Under the pieces are notes generated by a model. That model was not told the origin of the DNA. It saw nothing but the letters and a program-made list of their open reading frames with translations, and did not search any database. The translations under genes were made by a program, and so were the position numbers. Of a stretch of DNA of 64,000 nucleotides, positions 45,336 through 56,204 are shown in pieces (position 1 is the stretch's first letter; each line of letters starts with the position of its first letter). This stretch comes from Caldisericia bacterium. GTDB taxonomy: Bacteria; Caldisericota; Caldisericia; JAAYUI01. The DNA is taken from the NCBI GenBank assembly GCA_963674785.1, contig OY771555.1:224001-288000 (forward strand), read 5' to 3'.

Positions 45336-46637
45336 ATGAAAAAGATTTCATTACTATTGACCATTATTATTTTGCTTTCTGGCTGCAGTCTAACCAATAA
45401 CCAAGAGCAAGAGCCAGAAAAAGAATTGCAAATCGAGGAGACCTCAAAAATTATAGAGAAACATCTTTTGCATGAGGGCGGATACATTCATACATTTTTT
45501 GACTTTGTACTTGATCCAAACTCAAATCCACACTACATCATATTTGATGAAAGAGGTGGCAATGACTGTCCACCTGAGATTTATAATGGAACCTACACAG
45601 GAGATGGCTTTAAACCATCCTCATTCGATGAGGATATTTCTACAATTTTTAATGGTTGCGAATTGAATCTAAGATTTGGAGAACCTTGTATTTCTACTGT
45701 TCAAAATCAAACCTCCCATATTGCCTGCCTCTACGACAAACAAGATTCTGAAAAAAGTGGATTGCTTTATCTCAAATACAAAAATCATAGATATTATTCA
45801 ATAGATAATCTCGAGATAACAAACAAAAACCTCTCGAAAGCATTCATCATGGAAGATGATAAAGTACGAGGTGTTAATATCGAGACGGATTCAAAGAACA
45901 ATCCTCACATTATCTGGGGATCAATTATTCATTATCCGAAGTACTGCCTGAGTTACATTTGGTGGAACGGAGAAGAATGGAAAAATTACAAAGGTGAAGA
46001 TATAGATTTAGGTAACAAAAACTGGGTGGTTGGCGACATAACCATTGAAGGCAGTGCATTACTAACCTCTATTAGTAAAAATGATTCAATGTACGTTGCA
46101 AATGAAGTTTTCGACAGAAAACTCGAGTTAGATTTTTTAGAGGTAATCAGGCTCAAAGATGGCGCTATCTCGATATTAGATACATCCGACATCTACAAAG
46201 AAAGGATTATTGATCCAACTTTCACGGTAACAAAAAAAGGTGAGTTTATTTTTACATGGAATAATTACAAAAAAAGCTATTTTTGCAGATTTGATGGTGA
46301 AACCTGGAGAAATTATAAAAATCTTGAGATAAAAGACCCGACTGGTGATGCAATGCTACCTATCTTGGGAACAACTTTTGTAGATGGTGATGGAGTTTTG
46401 CACGTGTTAAAAGGTGAACACTATATCTATCTAAGGTGGGATGGATTTGTTTGGACAAACATAAATGGTGAGGTTGTCGATCCCATTGAGTATTACTCTG
46501 CCTTAATCCCTGATGAGAAAAAAGCATCCCCGTATTCAACAAAATTTGCCGTTGAAGAAAGCGGTGATATTCACATTCTAAGTACGGCAAGCAATTCAGG
46601 TTTTGGATTTGGGTTGTATTATATTTCTGTGAAATAA
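45336..46637 (+). CDS. Hypothetical lipoprotein (beta-propeller-like)
   Basis: MKKISLLL..LLSGC lipobox; repeated D..NPH(I/Y) and W(N/D)G..W motifs. Confidence 0.7.
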   Translation: MKKISLLLTIIILLSGCSLTNNQEQEPEKELQIEETSKIIEKHLLHEGGYIHTFFDFVLDPNSNPHYIIFDERGGNDCPPEIYNGTYTGDGFKPSSFDEDISTIFNGCELNLRFGEPCISTVQNQTSHIACLYDKQDSEKSGLLYLKYKNHRYYSIDNLEITNKNLSKAFIMEDDKVRGVNIETDSKNNPHIIWGSIIHYPKYCLSYIWWNGEEWKNYKGEDIDLGNKNWVVGDITIEGSALLTSISKNDSMYVANEVFDRKLELDFLEVIRLKDGAISILDTSDIYKERIIDPTFTVTKKGEFIFTWNNYKKSYFCRFDGETWRNYKNLEIKDPTGDAMLPILGTTFVDGDGVLHVLKGEHYIYLRWDGFVWTNINGEVVDPIEYYSALIPDEKKASPYSTKFAVEESGDIHILSTASNSGFGFGLYYISVK

Positions 46638-46712
46638 TTACAATCCTTTTCCACACCTTCTATTCAAAAAAACTTCTGGATTTCCGGTCGCGAACAGGAA
46701 TGATAAAAAACG

Positions 46713-46742
46713 AAAAAAGCCCCTCAAGTTTTTTCGAGGGGC
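46713..46742 (-). terminator. Rho-independent terminator
   Basis: GCCCCTC/GAGGGGC stem with A6 on the + strand (U6 on -). Confidence 0.75.
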
Positions 46743-46760
46743 GGGTTGATAAAATCCTGT

Positions 46761-49700
46761 TTATGAGAACTTCACAGTAAAGCTGACCTCCTGGTCATCA
46801 CAATCTGGAACCTTTATCTTGAACTTGAAGGTTGCAGATTTCAGCTTCACAATACCCAGATTTGTAGGCATTTTAAATGAGATTGTGATCAGTTGCTTCT
46901 CACCTGGTTTGATTGTGAGTGTTATAGGTTTGATACTCATTGTTCCAGAAACACTATCAAGTATAACAGTGACGGCTTCGTCGCAATTGTTTTTGAGATA
47001 GTATTTCGCAGTTCCAGTTTTTCCAGCAGCAACTGATTCAGGCACAACCTGCTTAATGGCTTCAATTTCACAACAAGTACACGCCCTACACGTAACAGAG
47101 AACTTAACCGTTAATGGATCACAATCGTTCACATCTGCTGCAAAACTAAAGGAATGCGTCTTTCCAACAGTGCAATCGGGCATAGTGAACTGAACAACTA
47201 TTGTCTGAGACGTACCAGGTTTAAGCGAAAGCTTTGCTGGTTCAATGTTTGTAATGCCTGAACTTCTGCTCCATGTAAATGAAAGTTCTTTTACCTGACT
47301 CACACAGTCATTCGTCACAACCAACTGATAAGAACCAGTTTCACCAGGGCAGTATGAAGGCATTATTCTCAGTTTTGGTGCAAATGAAACCTCACAACAA
47401 CTGCAATCTTTGCAGGTAACAGTGAAATATCCACTTACATTTTCACAGTCATTAACGACAGCCTCAAACTCGATTTTTGTGGCTTTTCCAATCACACAAT
47501 CTGGCATCACAAATCTACATGTGATGTCCTTTGATTCACCAGGTTTAAGCGTGAAACTCGATGGAGAGATTGTTGTTATTGCAGAGCTTCTGCTCCAAAC
47601 CATCTCAATATTCTTGACTTCATCATCACAGTTGTTCGTGATAACCATCACATAGGAGCCCTCTTCACCAGTACATGCGGAAATTGCAAGTCTGTATTTT
47701 GGATTGATGACCACATCACAACAACTTGCACAATCCTGACATACTACTGTAAATTTTCCAGCAAGATTTGGGCAATCATTTACATATGCCATGAAGTGGA
47801 AATCATTACCCTCTCCAGCTTCGCAATCATCTGGCATCGTAAAGTTTACAACAACAGTTGTCATTTCACCTGGTTCGAGGGTGAGCATCTTATGAGACAT
47901 GGATGTGATTCCAGAGTTATCAGCCCAAAAGAAGTTGATAGTTTTAAGCTCATCTGTGCAATTATTCTTCACGACCATCTGATACGAACCAGATTCACCT
48001 GGGCATGATGTAGGAATCATCTTGAGTTTGGATGTAAACGAAACATCACAACAGCTTTCAACTTCACAGCTCTTGCAAGTCGCATAAAAGTCAATCCAGT
48101 CCTCACAAGAAGAATTGCTGCCATTGACTGTTGCGGTCAATAGTGCACTAAATCTTTCATCCTCCCCCTCAATGCAATCATCAGGCATTTTATAATCGAT
48201 CCTTACTGTTTTTTCCTCATCTGGTGCAAGTTCAAATGTTGCAGGAAGAATCTCTGTGATGTTTGACCAGTCGCCACCTGCAATATCAAACTTGAATGAT
48301 AGTGAATTATCAGAACAGATATTTTTCACTTTCAAATTTAAGCTGAACTCTTCACCTGCACAATAGCTTTCAGCAACTGGGTCAAGCTCATATTCAAATT
48401 CACAACAAATCCTACACTCAACTCTGTATTCAAGAGTCTTTGAGCCACAGAGCTGACCATCTGCGGTATATGCATCAATCTTGACCTTAAAGACACATTT
48501 GCCGCCACCCTCACAATCCTTTGGCATTGTGTTTTGAGTCTTGATCATCTCTGTTCTTCCCGGAGAAACGGTCACATCATTTGGTTTTATTTCATAGATT
48601 GTACCGATACATCCCTCTTCTGATTCTTCAGAAATGTCAGTCATCACAAATGTCAAATCATCCTCATCGCAGAGATTTTTCAAGTACAAACCAAGCTGGA
48701 ATGATTCGCCAGCATAAACTGGTGGCGGAATACGACCATAAGTAACCGAGAAATCACAACAAACTTCACATTTTACACACTCAACTGAAAGTTCTTGAAG
48801 TTTTTTCCCGCACACCTTGCCATCTTTATCATATGCAGTTACTTCAAGTGAGAAGACCACATCCTCACCTTCCAAACAATCCTCTGGCATCTTGCATTTG
48901 AAGTAGCTATCATTATTCTGTCCAGCAAGAACCGAGAATTCGGCATCTGACTCTTCATACTTTGGTGCAATTTCACCCTGAGAGTTTTCAGATTTTTCAA
49001 CCTTGAATTTGAGTTCATTATTTGCGCAGGTATTCTTTACTCTGAGTTTCAAATCAAATTCATCCCCTGCACATATTGTTTTCGGTACTTCTAAAAACTC
49101 AGTTTCAAATTCACAACAGCTGCAATCGATGCACTCAGCATTGATTTTAACAAATTTCTCCTCATCGCCGCATTTGGAGATGATCTTGAAACCTTTACTT
49201 ATCGATTTTCCAGGTTCACAGTCTTCGGGCATAATAACAGGAATCAAAATAGTTTTTGTCTCACCAGCACTGAGCCTTATAGACTGGTTCAGATGCTCAT
49301 CTTCAGGATATAGCGAGGAAAGATATAGCTTGATCAAGCCTTCTTCACAATTGTTTTTAACAATGATTGGAAATTTCTCTGTTGTTCCTGCACAAACTGC
49401 AAAATCCTCTTCGTTGTATTCAACTGACCAATCACAACAATCTCCGAAAATATCCGGGCAACATTCACCCTCAGGGATAGCTTCCCATTTTACAATGCCG
49501 TTATTATCATCCAAGCAGAGCTTGATGCATTCTCCCTCATATTTTTCAAGAGTGTAGCTTCCACCATCTTCAAAATCAGCTGCGTTTACCGCTTCTAACT
49601 CTTTATCGGCAACAGCAAACGCTACGGATTCTTTTCCACAGCCCTCATAGAACTTAATCGATAGATTACCGTTCTCATCTGTTACTTTTTCGAAATCACC

Positions 49701-50255
49701 AATCTCAGTCCACTCACAGCAGCCATCAACATTGAAGATCAATTCAACAGTTCTTGTATCTCCATACCACTTGATGTCACACGTTCCAAGCTGTTCACCA
49801 ATGAATCTGAATGGAAGAAATGTTCGACCGCCATCAATGAATGGTTTAACATCAGGATTGTTCGGATCAATCTGAATCTCTTCCCCATCCACCTCGGCAA
49901 TATGATTATCAATCCAAAGATCAATTACCTTTCCATCTGCTGTGTTGATCGTTACCTTTCTTTCTGTTCCATCCCATCCGATTGATGTTCCTGGAAGACT
50001 TTCTACAACATATCTGACAAGAATGAATGTCCTATCATGTCTTATCATAGGGGCAGATTCCATGGGCCCATTTTCCACATCATCCACCCAATATGCAGTG
50101 CTTCCAATCTGGTATGAAAGCCTTAACACACAATCAGAGCACCCTTCATCTTCTAATAAACCAACATGGTTTTGCACATCGACAACACCATATGTGTTGA
50201 TAAAACTAGTAAACACAAAAACAGCAACAATAAAAATAGTCATCCACTTCTTCAT
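46761..50255 (-). CDS. Secreted protein with an N-terminal stalk domain and eight Cys-rich Ig-like repeats
   Basis: Signal MKKWMT with SD AAGGAG; DRTFILVRY and GRTFLPFRF; repeats CC..NxC..MPxxC..C..CxxC. Confidence 0.85.
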   Translation of the reverse strand: MKKWMTIFIVAVFVFTSFINTYGVVDVQNHVGLLEDEGCSDCVLRLSYQIGSTAYWVDDVENGPMESAPMIRHDRTFILVRYVVESLPGTSIGWDGTERKVTINTADGKVIDLWIDNHIAEVDGEEIQIDPNNPDVKPFIDGGRTFLPFRFIGEQLGTCDIKWYGDTRTVELIFNVDGCCEWTEIGDFEKVTDENGNLSIKFYEGCGKESVAFAVADKELEAVNAADFEDGGSYTLEKYEGECIKLCLDDNNGIVKWEAIPEGECCPDIFGDCCDWSVEYNEEDFAVCAGTTEKFPIIVKNNCEEGLIKLYLSSLYPEDEHLNQSIRLSAGETKTILIPVIMPEDCEPGKSISKGFKIISKCGDEEKFVKINAECIDCSCCEFETEFLEVPKTICAGDEFDLKLRVKNTCANNELKFKVEKSENSQGEIAPKYEESDAEFSVLAGQNNDSYFKCKMPEDCLEGEDVVFSLEVTAYDKDGKVCGKKLQELSVECVKCEVCCDFSVTYGRIPPPVYAGESFQLGLYLKNLCDEDDLTFVMTDISEESEEGCIGTIYEIKPNDVTVSPGRTEMIKTQNTMPKDCEGGGKCVFKVKIDAYTADGQLCGSKTLEYRVECRICCEFEYELDPVAESYCAGEEFSLNLKVKNICSDNSLSFKFDIAGGDWSNITEILPATFELAPDEEKTVRIDYKMPDDCIEGEDERFSALLTATVNGSNSSCEDWIDFYATCKSCEVESCCDVSFTSKLKMIPTSCPGESGSYQMVVKNNCTDELKTINFFWADNSGITSMSHKMLTLEPGEMTTVVVNFTMPDDCEAGEGNDFHFMAYVNDCPNLAGKFTVVCQDCASCCDVVINPKYRLAISACTGEEGSYVMVITNNCDDEVKNIEMVWSRSSAITTISPSSFTLKPGESKDITCRFVMPDCVIGKATKIEFEAVVNDCENVSGYFTVTCKDCSCCEVSFAPKLRIMPSYCPGETGSYQLVVTNDCVSQVKELSFTWSRSSGITNIEPAKLSLKPGTSQTIVVQFTMPDCTVGKTHSFSFAADVNDCDPLTVKFSVTCRACTCCEIEAIKQVVPESVAAGKTGTAKYYLKNNCDEAVTVILDSVSGTMSIKPITLTIKPGEKQLITISFKMPTNLGIVKLKSATFKFKIKVPDCDDQEVSFTVKFS
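46764..49443 (-). repeat. Eight tandem ~105-125-aa Cys-patterned repeats
   Basis: Repeat starts: DCCDW, SCCEF, VCCDF, ICCEF, SCCDV, SCCDV, SCCEV, TCCEI. Confidence 0.85.
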
Positions 50256-50439
50256 TCTCTCACTCCTTTTCATTCAAGGTACTCTTCAACCAGGATTTTA
50301 GTTCTAACGCGTAAAAATTGCAAATTCAAAAATGAACCGATTGATAAAATCAGTTTTTTTGGTACAATTACAGCGTCATGGAGTGTTACATGAGAAACAA
50401 AGATACTTTAAGATTCCAGATATCTGTAAGGAGTTCCTT

Positions 50440-53001
50440 TTGAACAAAGAAATTCTCCTTTTTCATACAGTCATCATATCTCTCATGCTTATTGTCACTT
50501 TCATGCTTTTTTATAGTTCATTTCTCAAGAAAAAATCGAAACAGCAAAACAAAAAACTATGGGAGCTTGAACAAAAAAAGAGCATCGGTGATATTTTTGT
50601 AAAGGTTTTTTCATCGAGCCCAATCCCAATCGTCCTGCTTAAAAAAAACAATAGAGAGATATTCAACGCAAACCCTTCATTCTGCAAACTTATAGGATTA
50701 AATAGTCAGGAAATTATTCAAAAAAAAATTGAACACATTGGATTACTGAAAAATCCAAGAGAGTGGTTTAGTAGTTCAATTTTTGATTTCAAGAATGGAG
50801 AGGCTCAAAGTTTTGAAACTGCTATCTCATGTAAAAACAAAGCAGACAAATGGTGTAGACTGACAACAAAACAAATCCAGCTAATGGATACAGAATATAT
50901 ACTTCTTATTTTGACAGACCTGAGTTTTCAAAAAAAACTATCTGATCAAAATGAAAAAGAGAAAGAGCTCCTTAATTCAATTGTAAAAGCCAAAGTGACT
51001 CAACACACAGCAGCAAAATTTTGTGCCTTCATACTGCCAAAACTCATTGAAATCCTCGACTTAAAGTACGGTTTAATAAGACTTGCATATGATCATGATT
51101 CAAATCTAAAACTTGTCGCAACTCACAATGTGTCACCAGAAATGAAAGCTATGATTGGTGAAGATCAGAAACTAGATGATCCGGGATTTATCTCAGTTAG
51201 TGTCATCAAAAACAGGGAAAGCTTAATTGCAAGCAACACAAGCGAAATCCCTGACTACGATACCCACAAAAAAAAGATGGGCATGTTGAAAGTAAAATCC
51301 CTTGTCTCGTACCCCCTGATTGGGATCAACAACAAACTAATTGGAATTATCCACTTTTGGTCTGACGAAGCGGTGGAAGACCTCAAAGATAACAAATACC
51401 TTTTTGAAAGACTTCTGACCTTGATTACCAGCGGAATTGAAAGAACTCTTGCAACAGAGGCTATCAAAGAGAGCGAGGAGAGATACAGACATCTCTATGA
51501 AACAGCCACTGTAGGACTATACAGGATAGACATCAAAGATGGAAAGCTGGTTGAGATCAATGATTATGGCGCAAGGCTAATTGGGTTTAAAAACAGGGAA
51601 GAAGTCAAAAAAAGAGAGATAATCACTTCTGACCACTACGGTGAAGATGAGAAAAAAACAATCTACAAAACTCTTAAGCAAAATGGAAAAATCTCGGATT
51701 ACGAATTGGTTTGGCAACATGATGAAAATAGCTCAAGTTACTTTCTAACCTCGATGATATTAAACAAACCAAAAGGTTATGTTGAGGGATCATTTTTTGA
51801 CATCACAGACCGAAAGCTTGTTGAAGAAGCTCTCATGTATGGAGAGGAACGTTTTAGAAATGTTATCTCGTCTTCACCTTATGGGATACACATATTTGAA
51901 TTGATAAATGGTGAGATGAAGCTCTCAGATTCAAACAGCTCATCTTATTCAATTCTAAAAAACACACTGAACTCCGATATTGGATTGGATATGTCAAATG
52001 TTTTCCCCTACAACATGAACAAAACCCTAAAGAAAATGACAAATCAGGTAGAAAAAACTGGAAAACCATGGAACGGTGAGATAAAAGTGATGGTCAAAAG
52101 TAATCGGAAAGAAACGTCGCAAAGAATACTTGAGTTCAGCATATTCAAAGCCGCAAAAGACAACATTGTTGCGATGTTTTCCGACATAACTGAGAGAAGA
52201 ATTCTAGAGCTTGAACGGGCAAAAATGAGGAAGTCACTCGAGGAAAAAAACTCTGAGCTTGAACAACTTTTGTTTGTGACATCTCACGACCTGAGATCTC
52301 CACTTGTAAATATCCTTGGATTCTCTGGCGAACTTGAGGAAGATCTTCTTGATCTCGCAAGAAAAGTCGATGACGCATCAAATCTTAACACACTCAAAGA
52401 GAACATTGAGGAATTGATTGGAACAAGATTGTTCGAGTCAAGCCAATTCATTCAGAAAAGTGCAAAAAAAATTGATCAGTTACTAAAAGGACTTTTGAGG
52501 CTTTCCCGAATTGGCAGACTTCCAGTGAATCACGAACTGATAAACACAAACCAGTTACTAAAAGACATCTTGGACACAATGAGGTATCAGATTCAAAGTG
52601 AAAAAATTGAGGTTGAGATTGAAAAACTTCCAAATTGCATCGGTGACAGAAGCCAACTTAGCCAGGCCTTTTCAAATCTTATTGATAATGCAATCAAATA
52701 CATGAAGAAAGATCAACCGAGAAAAATCAAGCTATATGGAAATTTACTAAAAAACAGTGTAGAATTCTGTTTAGAGGATAATGGAATCGGAATCAGGCAA
52801 GAGCACCAAGATAAGGTCTTTCAAATATTCCATAGACTACACCCCGACATAGGTTCCGGATATGGATTAGGAATGACAATTGTGCAAAGGATTATTCTGA
52901 AACATGGTGGAAAGGTTTGGATCGAATCAGACGAAGATGTTGGAACAAAAATCTACATCAGATTACCATTTGATGAGGGTGTTTTAGGAGAAAAAGTATG
53001 A
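50440..53001 (+). CDS. Membrane-anchored PAS/GAF sensor histidine kinase
   Basis: TM helix, PAS and GAF segments, SHDLRSPL, NLIDNAIKY, DNGIGI and GYGLG. TTG start follows AAGGAG. Confidence 0.9.
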   Translation: MNKEILLFHTVIISLMLIVTFMLFYSSFLKKKSKQQNKKLWELEQKKSIGDIFVKVFSSSPIPIVLLKKNNREIFNANPSFCKLIGLNSQEIIQKKIEHIGLLKNPREWFSSSIFDFKNGEAQSFETAISCKNKADKWCRLTTKQIQLMDTEYILLILTDLSFQKKLSDQNEKEKELLNSIVKAKVTQHTAAKFCAFILPKLIEILDLKYGLIRLAYDHDSNLKLVATHNVSPEMKAMIGEDQKLDDPGFISVSVIKNRESLIASNTSEIPDYDTHKKKMGMLKVKSLVSYPLIGINNKLIGIIHFWSDEAVEDLKDNKYLFERLLTLITSGIERTLATEAIKESEERYRHLYETATVGLYRIDIKDGKLVEINDYGARLIGFKNREEVKKREIITSDHYGEDEKKTIYKTLKQNGKISDYELVWQHDENSSSYFLTSMILNKPKGYVEGSFFDITDRKLVEEALMYGEERFRNVISSSPYGIHIFELINGEMKLSDSNSSSYSILKNTLNSDIGLDMSNVFPYNMNKTLKKMTNQVEKTGKPWNGEIKVMVKSNRKETSQRILEFSIFKAAKDNIVAMFSDITERRILELERAKMRKSLEEKNSELEQLLFVTSHDLRSPLVNILGFSGELEEDLLDLARKVDDASNLNTLKENIEELIGTRLFESSQFIQKSAKKIDQLLKGLLRLSRIGRLPVNHELINTNQLLKDILDTMRYQIQSEKIEVEIEKLPNCIGDRSQLSQAFSNLIDNAIKYMKKDQPRKIKLYGNLLKNSVEFCLEDNGIGIRQEHQDKVFQIFHRLHPDIGSGYGLGMTIVQRIILKHGGKVWIESDEDVGTKIYIRLPFDEGVLGEKV

Positions 53002-53450
53002 ATAAAACAGTAACCATACTCATCGCAGAAGACGACAAAGGACATCAGTCACTCATAAAAAGAAATCTTAAAAGAGCTGGGATAAGTAACCCAATGATTT
53101 TTTTCGACGATGGACAGATGATTCTCGATTACCTCAGGTCTCCTGGAAACATCAAAGACAGGGAGTCATACCTATTGATACTCGACATAAGTATGCCAAA
53201 AATAAGTGGTGTTGAAGTCTTAGATTTCGTAAAGAAAGACTCAAAATTGAAAAGAATCCCGACTATCATGCTTACGACAACAGATGACCCACGAGAGATT
53301 AACAATTGTCATGAACTCGGATGCAACAACTACATAACAAAACCAATAGAATACGAAGACTTTATAAATAAAATCATGAATCTCGGTCTGTTTCTGACGA
53401 TAACAGAAAACCCATCGATATACGACAGGAAGACCGGTGAAATCAAATGA
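52998..53450 (+). CDS. Single-domain response regulator (Rcp1/CheY-like)
   Basis: IAEDD, LDISMP, MLTTT and YITKP. Confidence 0.93.
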   Translation: MNKTVTILIAEDDKGHQSLIKRNLKRAGISNPMIFFDDGQMILDYLRSPGNIKDRESYLLILDISMPKISGVEVLDFVKKDSKLKRIPTIMLTTTDDPREINNCHELGCNNYITKPIEYEDFINKIMNLGLFLTITENPSIYDRKTGEIK

Positions 53451-56182
53451 AGAAGGTGTGTATCGCGGAAGATGATTCTGGGATTGCGAGGCTGATTAGC
53501 AGAAGACTTGAGAAAAGGGGTTACGAGGTCACACATGCAGTCTCAGGGAAAGAGGCACTGAACAACTATTACTCAGACAAAAAAAACAATCTTTTGCTTC
53601 TCGATTACCTTCTGCCAGACTATACTGCAGACGAACTCATAACAGCATTTGAGGAACGAGATATAAAAATCCCATTTGTTGTAATGACTGGTCAGGGAGA
53701 TGAACGAATTGCAGTTGAAATGATGAAGAGGGGGGCACGGGATTACGTAATCAAAGACAGTAGATTTCTTGAAATTCTTCCTGAAATTGTTGATCGAGTT
53801 TTCGCCGAGATCGAAAGAGAAAAAAGATTAAAGAAGACCGAATTCGCACTTGAACTAAGCCAATTTAAATATCGAATGATGGCCGAAAGTATCCAAGATG
53901 GGATGATGATTGTTGAAAATGATAAAATCACATACATCAACCCAAGAATGACAGAAATCACCGGATACTCATTGAAAGAGATCAGAAATGTTAACCCAAT
54001 CGATTACATGCCAGCAATTTTTGAGCGAGAGCGAATCAAAAAAATAATTGAGGATTACAACAAGAAGAGCATAAAAAACATCAGTGTTAAATTCTGGATC
54101 ACAAGGAAAGACGGAAGGCTGAGATACGTACAAGCAAAAATCTCATCAATTCGGGCAAATAATATAGATTTCACGTTTATAATTTTTAGTGATGAAACAG
54201 AGGAGAAACTTGTCGAAAACGCTCTTCAAGAGAGTGAGTCAAAATATAGGATGATATTTGAAAGCTCGCCACTTTCAATAATTACAATCAATGATTCAGG
54301 GGCAATACTCTCATTTAATCCAGCATCAGAAAAGCTTTTGGGGATTCAAAAAAACCAGATGCTTGGGGAGTACATCGGATCAATCCTACCTATTTTTGGA
54401 GACAGGGAAAAATTCAACACCTCAAATATCTGCAATGGATCTGGGTCGAACAACAGAAGTGTCTTAAAAGAGACTACGGCTTTCAGGGCAGACGGAACAA
54501 AGATATACACAGAGATTTCTTGTGCAAAATGGACAATCAAAAATTCAGAAGTTTTTGCTCTCATTCTGACTGACATAACCAGTAGAAAACACCATGAAAT
54601 CCAACTAAAATCTCTATACAAAACACAAAAGATACTTTTTGAAGAGTCAAACATAAGAACAGCCCTTGAGAGTGTCACAAGAACGATTGGAGAAACATCT
54701 AACCTTGATAGGGCAGCCGTTTACAGAAACACTGAAAGTGATGGAAAAACTGTAACAACTCAGGTTAGCTCCTGGAGTAGGCTAACAAAGTTTTCAGACT
54801 CAAACAAACCCATTCTCATCAACTCACCATACTTTGACTTGGGAATCGAAAGATGGCTTAACACTTTTAGGGAAGGAAAGCTTATCGAAGGGATTCAAAC
54901 AGATTTCCCTGATTCTGAAAAAGGATTTCTTGAAAAAAGAGGAACAAAATACATAGTTGGGATTCCAATAATAATTAAGAAAAAACTGTGGGGTTTTGTA
55001 TCGCTTGAAAATTGCACCTCCGAAAACCCCATTTCAAAAACCGAGAGATCACTCTTTAGCGGAATAGTAAACAATCTAAAAATCAGAATTGAACGTGAAG
55101 TGATCCAAAACGAGATTACATCATCACGAAGGCTGCTTCTTACAACAATTGAGTCGATAGATGAGGCAGTTTTAGTTCTTGATTCTGACATGTCTGTACG
55201 CCACGTAAACACAAACTTCTTCGTGATGTTCCACGGAGAAAGTGGCTCAGCAAGCCCAGTCAGGATAATTGCCGAAACAGTCGAGAATGGTGATGCTCTT
55301 GTTAATCTAATGAAGGAGCTTTCTTCCTCAAAAAAGGAATCTGCCCAAACCTATAAGCTTGTTACTGGTCGATATCTTGAGTGTTTTACATGCCCGCTTG
55401 AGTCTTCAAATCCAAAAAGTGGAAGATTGTGGACTTTCAGAGACGTAACAGGAAAAGTGAAACAAGAGATTGCAAAAAGAGAGTTTATCAATAGTGTAGC
55501 TCACGAGTTACGAAATCCACTTGTGTTAATACAAGGATACACCGAGATTCTCTTAGGAAAAATCAACAAGGAATCTGAAGAATACTCGATGCTTGAAACA
55601 ATTTATGACGCAACACAAAGAGAAATCAGACAGGTATCGGATTTCGTTGATGTTGGTCGAACAAACCCCATCTACAATTTTAAAACTTACGAATCCTATG
55701 GGTTATTCTCAGAACTTGTAAAGAAATTCGCAATCTACGCAGAAAAACAAGTTCAACATGTTATTGGAAATGATAACTACCGATATTCGTGCTCCGTTGA
55801 TGAGAGATTAAAGAATACCTATGTCAATGTTGATATCGATAGAATTCAGGAAATAATTGAAAACTTAATAACAAATTCAATAAAGTACAGCAATAAATTC
55901 AACATCGACATAAAATTCGATGCTGAACTCTGCGACAACAAGGTCTGTTTCAATGTCTCAGATCAAGGACTTGGTATACCTGAGGATCAGATTTCAAAAG
56001 TATTCAAACCGTTTTACCAGGTCGAAAGAGGAAATGGCGAATTGCCGACAGGTGGCTTGGGTCTTGGGCTTGCAAATGTAATGCTACATGTGAACTCTCA
56101 TGGTGCTGAGATTTCAATAAAGAGCAAAGTCAACTCACACACAAAAGTGACAGTAAAATTGCCAATTACTGGACACAGGTAG
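53447..56182 (+). CDS. Hybrid REC-PAS-PAS-GAF-PAS histidine kinase
   Basis: AEDD..LLDY..MTGQG..DYVIK; AHELRNPL, NLITNSIKY, DQGLGI and GLGLGL. Confidence 0.9.
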   Translation: MKKVCIAEDDSGIARLISRRLEKRGYEVTHAVSGKEALNNYYSDKKNNLLLLDYLLPDYTADELITAFEERDIKIPFVVMTGQGDERIAVEMMKRGARDYVIKDSRFLEILPEIVDRVFAEIEREKRLKKTEFALELSQFKYRMMAESIQDGMMIVENDKITYINPRMTEITGYSLKEIRNVNPIDYMPAIFERERIKKIIEDYNKKSIKNISVKFWITRKDGRLRYVQAKISSIRANNIDFTFIIFSDETEEKLVENALQESESKYRMIFESSPLSIITINDSGAILSFNPASEKLLGIQKNQMLGEYIGSILPIFGDREKFNTSNICNGSGSNNRSVLKETTAFRADGTKIYTEISCAKWTIKNSEVFALILTDITSRKHHEIQLKSLYKTQKILFEESNIRTALESVTRTIGETSNLDRAAVYRNTESDGKTVTTQVSSWSRLTKFSDSNKPILINSPYFDLGIERWLNTFREGKLIEGIQTDFPDSEKGFLEKRGTKYIVGIPIIIKKKLWGFVSLENCTSENPISKTERSLFSGIVNNLKIRIEREVIQNEITSSRRLLLTTIESIDEAVLVLDSDMSVRHVNTNFFVMFHGESGSASPVRIIAETVENGDALVNLMKELSSSKKESAQTYKLVTGRYLECFTCPLESSNPKSGRLWTFRDVTGKVKQEIAKREFINSVAHELRNPLVLIQGYTEILLGKINKESEEYSMLETIYDATQREIRQVSDFVDVGRTNPIYNFKTYESYGLFSELVKKFAIYAEKQVQHVIGNDNYRYSCSVDERLKNTYVNVDIDRIQEIIENLITNSIKYSNKFNIDIKFDAELCDNKVCFNVSDQGLGIPEDQISKVFKPFYQVERGNGELPTGGLGLGLANVMLHVNSHGAEISIKSKVNSHTKVTVKLPITGHR

Positions 56183-56204
56183 ATATAAGTTGTAAAACTT
56201 ACCA

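Noticed and set aside
46764-49443. Multiheme cytochrome or polyferredoxin
   Set aside because: There are no CxxCH or CxxCxxCxxxC motifs; the Cys pattern fits disulfide-linked beta-sandwiches.
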